Assembly (NCBI RefSeq): GCF_014857065.1
Contig: NZ_CP046533.1
Location: 210,001 to 242,000 of the forward strand
Length of the DNA: 32,000 nucleotides
Direction of reading: 5' to 3'
Origin: Candidatus Saccharimonadota bacterium
GTDB lineage: Bacteria > Pseudomonadota > Gammaproteobacteria > Enterobacterales > Enterobacteriaceae
Part shown: one piece after another, positions 29,095-32,000 of the stretch
How the letters are laid out: each line of letters begins with the position of its first letter
Numbering within the stretch: the first letter of the stretch is position 1
Made by a program: the position numbers and the translations under genes
The notes under the pieces: model-generated
Databases searched by the model: none
The model's input: only the letters and a program-made list of their open reading frames with translations
What the model was told of the DNA's origin: nothing

Positions 29095-29167
29095 TGCCGA
29101 TAATAGGATTTGAACCCATCACCTTCGCATTACGAGTGCGCTGCTCTACCCACTGAGCTATATCGGC
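29095..29167 (-). tRNA. thrW: tRNA-Thr (anticodon CGU)
   Basis: The reverse complement is GCCGATA TA GCTC AGTGGGTA GAGC A GCGCA CTCGTAA TGCGA AGGTG ATGGG TTCAAAT CCTAT TATCGGC A. This gives a 7-bp acceptor, a full cloverleaf and anticodon loop CT-CGT-AA. It is nearly identical to E. coli thrW as recalled. No CCA is encoded (next bases TTTT). Confidence 0.93.
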
Positions 29168-29431
29168 ATAAACATATATCATAGGCTCGATTAGCTTTCC
29201 ACTTCATCTAACAAAAAAATAGAAATACTGAATTGAAAATCATAATTTTACCTTTCCACATACCAAAATATTTACTACATATTTATTTGTACAAACTAAA
29301 CAATATTAAAAACTATAATAACTAACTAAATAAAATATAAAACAAACAGTAATAATTAAACTATCATAAATAAAATATATAAATTTAAATATCTTACCTA
29401 CTTTAAAAAACATTTAACAATCTTCAAAAAT

Positions 29432-30016
29432 TCAACATAAAGACATACCTTTCTCAATAAGCAAAACTAAAACATGAATAAATTTAATGTGAATTTCTTG
29501 AACACGATCTGCATATTGAAAATGAGGAGTACAAATTTCTACATCAACTACACTGTTATTTATTTTTCCAATATTTGTACCAGTCAAAGCAATAATTCTC
29601 ATATTTTTGATAAATGCAGATTCAATGGCATATAATATATTAAGTGATTTGCCAGAAGTAGTAATAGCTAATAAAACATCATTATGATTAGCTAAAGATT
29701 CTATATAACGCGAAAATACATATTCATATCCAAAATCATTACTTGCACAAGAAATATAACTTGGATCAGAAATAGCAATAGCTGGGTAACCTAATCTATT
29801 ATTCCGATATCGACCAGTTAACTCTTCAGCAAAATGCATCGCATTACAATGCGAACCACCATTACCACATGTTAAAATTTTTCCACCCTTTTTAAAAGAA
29901 CTTATAACAATATGAGCTGCTGACTCTATTAATCTCATGTAAGACTTATCATTAATAACAGAATCCCAAGCTTTTTTCATATCGTTAAATTCGTCAAAAA
30001 TTAATTTATGATACAT
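29432..30016 (-). CDS. gmhA: phosphoheptose isomerase (D-sedoheptulose-7-phosphate isomerase)
   Basis: 194 aa with an ATG start. [31 protein letters not shown] and [21 protein letters not shown] match E. coli GmhA. Confidence 0.95.
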   Translation of the reverse strand: MYHKLIFDEFNDMKKAWDSVINDKSYMRLIESAAHIVISSFKKGGKILTCGNGGSHCNAMHFAEELTGRYRNNRLGYPAIAISDPSYISCASNDFGYEYVFSRYIESLANHNDVLLAITTSGKSLNILYAIESAFIKNMRIIALTGTNIGKINNSVVDVEICTPHFQYADRVQEIHIKFIHVLVLLIEKGMSLC

Positions 30017-30114
30017 TTAAACCTCTTAATAAAATAAAGATTCTATATCATTACGAAATAAGTTATATAACTAAAAACATTAACTTCAATACTATTTCAT
30101 TTACACAATTAAGA

Positions 30115-30867
30115 TTATGTATTCGAATCTTTACATTTGGAATACCACATACAATATGCACTTTGTTTTTGGATTAAATCTAATATATTTTTATGTTGTA
30201 TTATTTCTTCTCTATTAGCATAAATAACCTTTAAATCACAATTTTTATTAGACGCTATTTCATAATTTCCTATTACCTTTACATTTGACAATGTATATCT
30301 ATCTTTTTTTATAAATTGCATCGTAGTCTGACCGCCGGTCATCAAAAGAAAAATAGAAGCCAAAATCTTTGCATCAATCATAGCATTATGTAAAGCACGA
30401 CGACTTCTATCTATTGAATAACGTTCACATAATGCATCTAAACTATTACGTCTGCCAGGAAATTTTTTTCTAGCCAAAAACAAAGTATCAATTACTGAAC
30501 ATAAAGACTCAATATTTACTAAAAAATTATCAATCATACTTAATTCGTAATTTAAAAAACCTATATCAAATTGAGCGTTATGAATAATTAATTCACTTCC
30601 GCGGACAAAATTTATAAATTCATTCACAATATCTGAAAAAATTGGTTTTTTAGAAAGGAAAATATCACTAATTCCGTGAATCTTAAAAGCTTCTGGATCA
30701 ACCAAACGACCAGGATTAAGATAAACATGAAAATTTTTCCCTGTTAAACGACGATTAATTAATTCAACTGCGCCAATTTCAACAATACGGTGACCTTCAT
30801 AATGAACACCAGATTTATTAAGACCTGTAGTTTCAGTATCAAGCACAATTTGTCGTAAATAGTTCAA
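30115..30867 (-). CDS. dnaQ: DNA polymerase III epsilon subunit (3'-5' proofreading exonuclease)
   Basis: 250 aa. Exo I RQIVLDTETTG, Exo II IIHNAQFDIGFL and Exo III HNAMIDAKILASIF are all intact. The start codon is TTG (rc of CAA at 30865-30867). There is no in-frame ATG between the upstream stop (30895-30897) and the Exo I motif. Confidence 0.93.
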   Translation of the reverse strand: MNYLRQIVLDTETTGLNKSGVHYEGHRIVEIGAVELINRRLTGKNFHVYLNPGRLVDPEAFKIHGISDIFLSKKPIFSDIVNEFINFVRGSELIIHNAQFDIGFLNYELSMIDNFLVNIESLCSVIDTLFLARKKFPGRRNSLDALCERYSIDRSRRALHNAMIDAKILASIFLLMTGGQTTMQFIKKDRYTLSNVKVIGNYEIASNKNCDLKVIYANREEIIQHKNILDLIQKQSAYCMWYSKCKDSNT

Positions 30868-30891
30868 AACAACACTAATCCAATCTATAAT
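30863..30891 (+). promoter_or_regulatory. candidate sigma-70 promoter for rnhA (-35 TTCAAA, 17-bp spacer, -10 TATAAT)
   Basis: TATAAT at 30886-30891 is a perfect -10, 29 nt before the rnhA ATG. TTCAAA at 30863-30868 overlaps the dnaQ start codon, echoing the overlapping divergent dnaQ/rnhA promoters of E. coli. Such matches are common by chance in AT-rich DNA. Confidence 0.3.
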
Positions 30892-30920
30892 AAATTAATT
30901 TCTTAAAAAAATTACTTAAA

Positions 30921-31376
30921 ATGTATAAACAGATCAAAATCTTTACTGATGGTTCTTGTCTTGGCAATCCAGGTCCAGGAGGGTATGGAGTAATTCTATG
31001 TTACAATCAATACATAAAAGAATTTAGTGCTGGATATCGATTAACTACCAATAACCGCATGGAACTAATGGCCGTAATTACAGCATTAGAAGCACTTAAA
31101 AATCCATGCGAAACTACCATATATACCGACAGCTTATACGTCCTTCAAGGAATTACTCAATGGATTAATTCCTGGAAAAAACAAAACTGGAAGTCAGTAA
31201 ACAAAAAATTAATCAAAAACATCGACTTATGGCATAGATTAGATGCAGCTACTAAACCTCACATCATTTGTTGCAAATGGCTAAAGGCACATTCTGGCCA
31301 ACCAGAAAATGAACGTTGTAATAAGCTAGCGCAAAAAGCAGCATCCTCTCCTTCATATGATGACCTGAAGGATTAA
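30921..31376 (+). CDS. rnhA: ribonuclease HI
   Basis: 151 aa with an ATG start. [41 protein letters not shown] and [15 protein letters not shown] match E. coli RNase HI. It is divergent from dnaQ with a 53-bp spacer. Confidence 0.96.
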   Translation: MYKQIKIFTDGSCLGNPGPGGYGVILCYNQYIKEFSAGYRLTTNNRMELMAVITALEALKNPCETTIYTDSLYVLQGITQWINSWKKQNWKSVNKKLIKNIDLWHRLDAATKPHIICCKWLKAHSGQPENERCNKLAQKAASSPSYDDLKD

Positions 31377-31483
31377 GATCACAAACACCACCATTTCTTC
31401 CCTCTAATGTCGAAAAATATTTTAATGTTATCACATAATACCTTAAGGTCAACACTAAATTATAATACAACACAATTTAAAAA

Positions 31484-32000
31484 CTAAAATAAATTAAAAA
31501 AATAATTTTGATTACCTAAAGGTATCAATTGAAAAGGCATTGTTCGTTTACGTGCAATAATTATATTTAAACAACCTAAAGAAAACAAATAGCTTAATAA
31601 ACAATAAAAATTGTCATTTTTTTCACGTAACAATGATTTTAAATGACTTTTATACATAATTTCAAAATTTAAAGACTGCAACCAATACAATAACCTCATT
31701 TGAGTATATAAACGCATCTTAAAAGCTTTACGAAAAAAAAAATATGCAATTCTAAATAGCCCTAATATACTTATTAAATTAAATGTAGTAATTATCAACC
31801 AACCATCATCACTTAATATTCTATCTACTTCCTGCAATAAACTATAAGGATGAGCTATATAGGATAAAGTATGAGCTAACAAACAGATATCAACAGATCT
31901 ATTAGCAAATGGTAATTTATATATATCAACAATTACTTGAAACTGTTCTCCTTCAGGGCCAACATTAATTTGATGCAAAACAGCACACTCATTAATATTC
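31484..32000 (-). CDS. yafS: YafS-like class I SAM-dependent methyltransferase (5' end beyond window edge)
   Basis: LPFANRSVDICLLAHTL, LLQEVDRILSDDGWLIIT, WLQSLNFEI and IIARKRTMP match E. coli YafS (LPFADKSVDVCLLAHTL, LLREADRVLIDDGWLVIS, WLSLLNFEV, IVARKRTIP). The frame stays open to position 32000. The ORF-track M at 31978 is a TTG inside the gene. Confidence 0.88.
   Translation of the reverse strand, partial: NINECAVLHQINVGPEGEQFQVIVDIYKLPFANRSVDICLLAHTLSYIAHPYSLLQEVDRILSDDGWLIITTFNLISILGLFRIAYFFFRKAFKMRLYTQMRLLYWLQSLNFEIMYKSHLKSLLREKNDNFYCLLSYLFSLGCLNIIIARKRTMPFQLIPLGNQNYFFNLF

Noticed and set aside
1-32000. Looked for any unassigned multi-gene cluster that could be a defence, secretion or toxin system, or other novel system.
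   Set aside because: All 30 substantial ORFs are confidently assigned housekeeping orthologues in E. coli-like order. The unassigned sequence is ORF-free, eroded spacer. Claiming a novel system would not be supported by the sequence.

Overview
This is a very AT-rich window from a reduced-genome gammaproteobacterial (Enterobacterales-derived) insect endosymbiont. Gene content, protein divergence and long eroded spacers fit a Candidatus Blochmannia-like ant symbiont best; that is inference from memory and was not checked against a database. I call 30 protein genes, one tRNA, one clear pseudogene and one tentative ncRNA, all housekeeping. Block 1 is zapA, ygfA, rpiA, fbaA, pgk, speB, metK, yqgE, pseudo-ruvX/yqgF, yggS and yggX. 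Block 2 is clpX, clpP, cyoABCDE, yajR, thiI, dxs, pgpA, nusB, ribH, ribD and yajC. A 200-aa 2-Cys peroxiredoxin follows. Block 3 is tRNA-Thr(CGU), gmhA, dnaQ, rnhA and a partial yafS. Each block is collinear with E. coli K-12 gene order as I recall it, but the intervening genes are deleted. By my coordinates about 24% of the window (about 7.6 kb) is non-coding spacer. I see no transposase, integrase, phage gene, CRISPR array, toxin-antitoxin pair or defence-like gene. Every ORF-track entry I did not assign is an antisense or alternate-frame shadow of a conserved gene or low-complexity AT-rich sequence. I therefore find no support for a novel multi-gene system here. The points worth a second look follow. 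(1) ruvX/yqgF, essential in E. coli, is a pseudogene that stays collinear but carries 7 premature in-frame stops. (2) Two mismatch-free palindromes of 35 bp and 54 bp are relatively GC-rich and stand out in this eroding genome. (3) Several retained genes have lost their usual partners: cyoE and dxs without ispA, speB without speA, yajC without secDF, and thiI without thiL. (4) dnaQ has no ATG start. (5) The conserved 6S RNA slot between zapA and ygfA holds a spacer of about the right size. (6) Spacers show strong G depletion on the + strand, with one exceptional spacer that may hold recently decayed genes.
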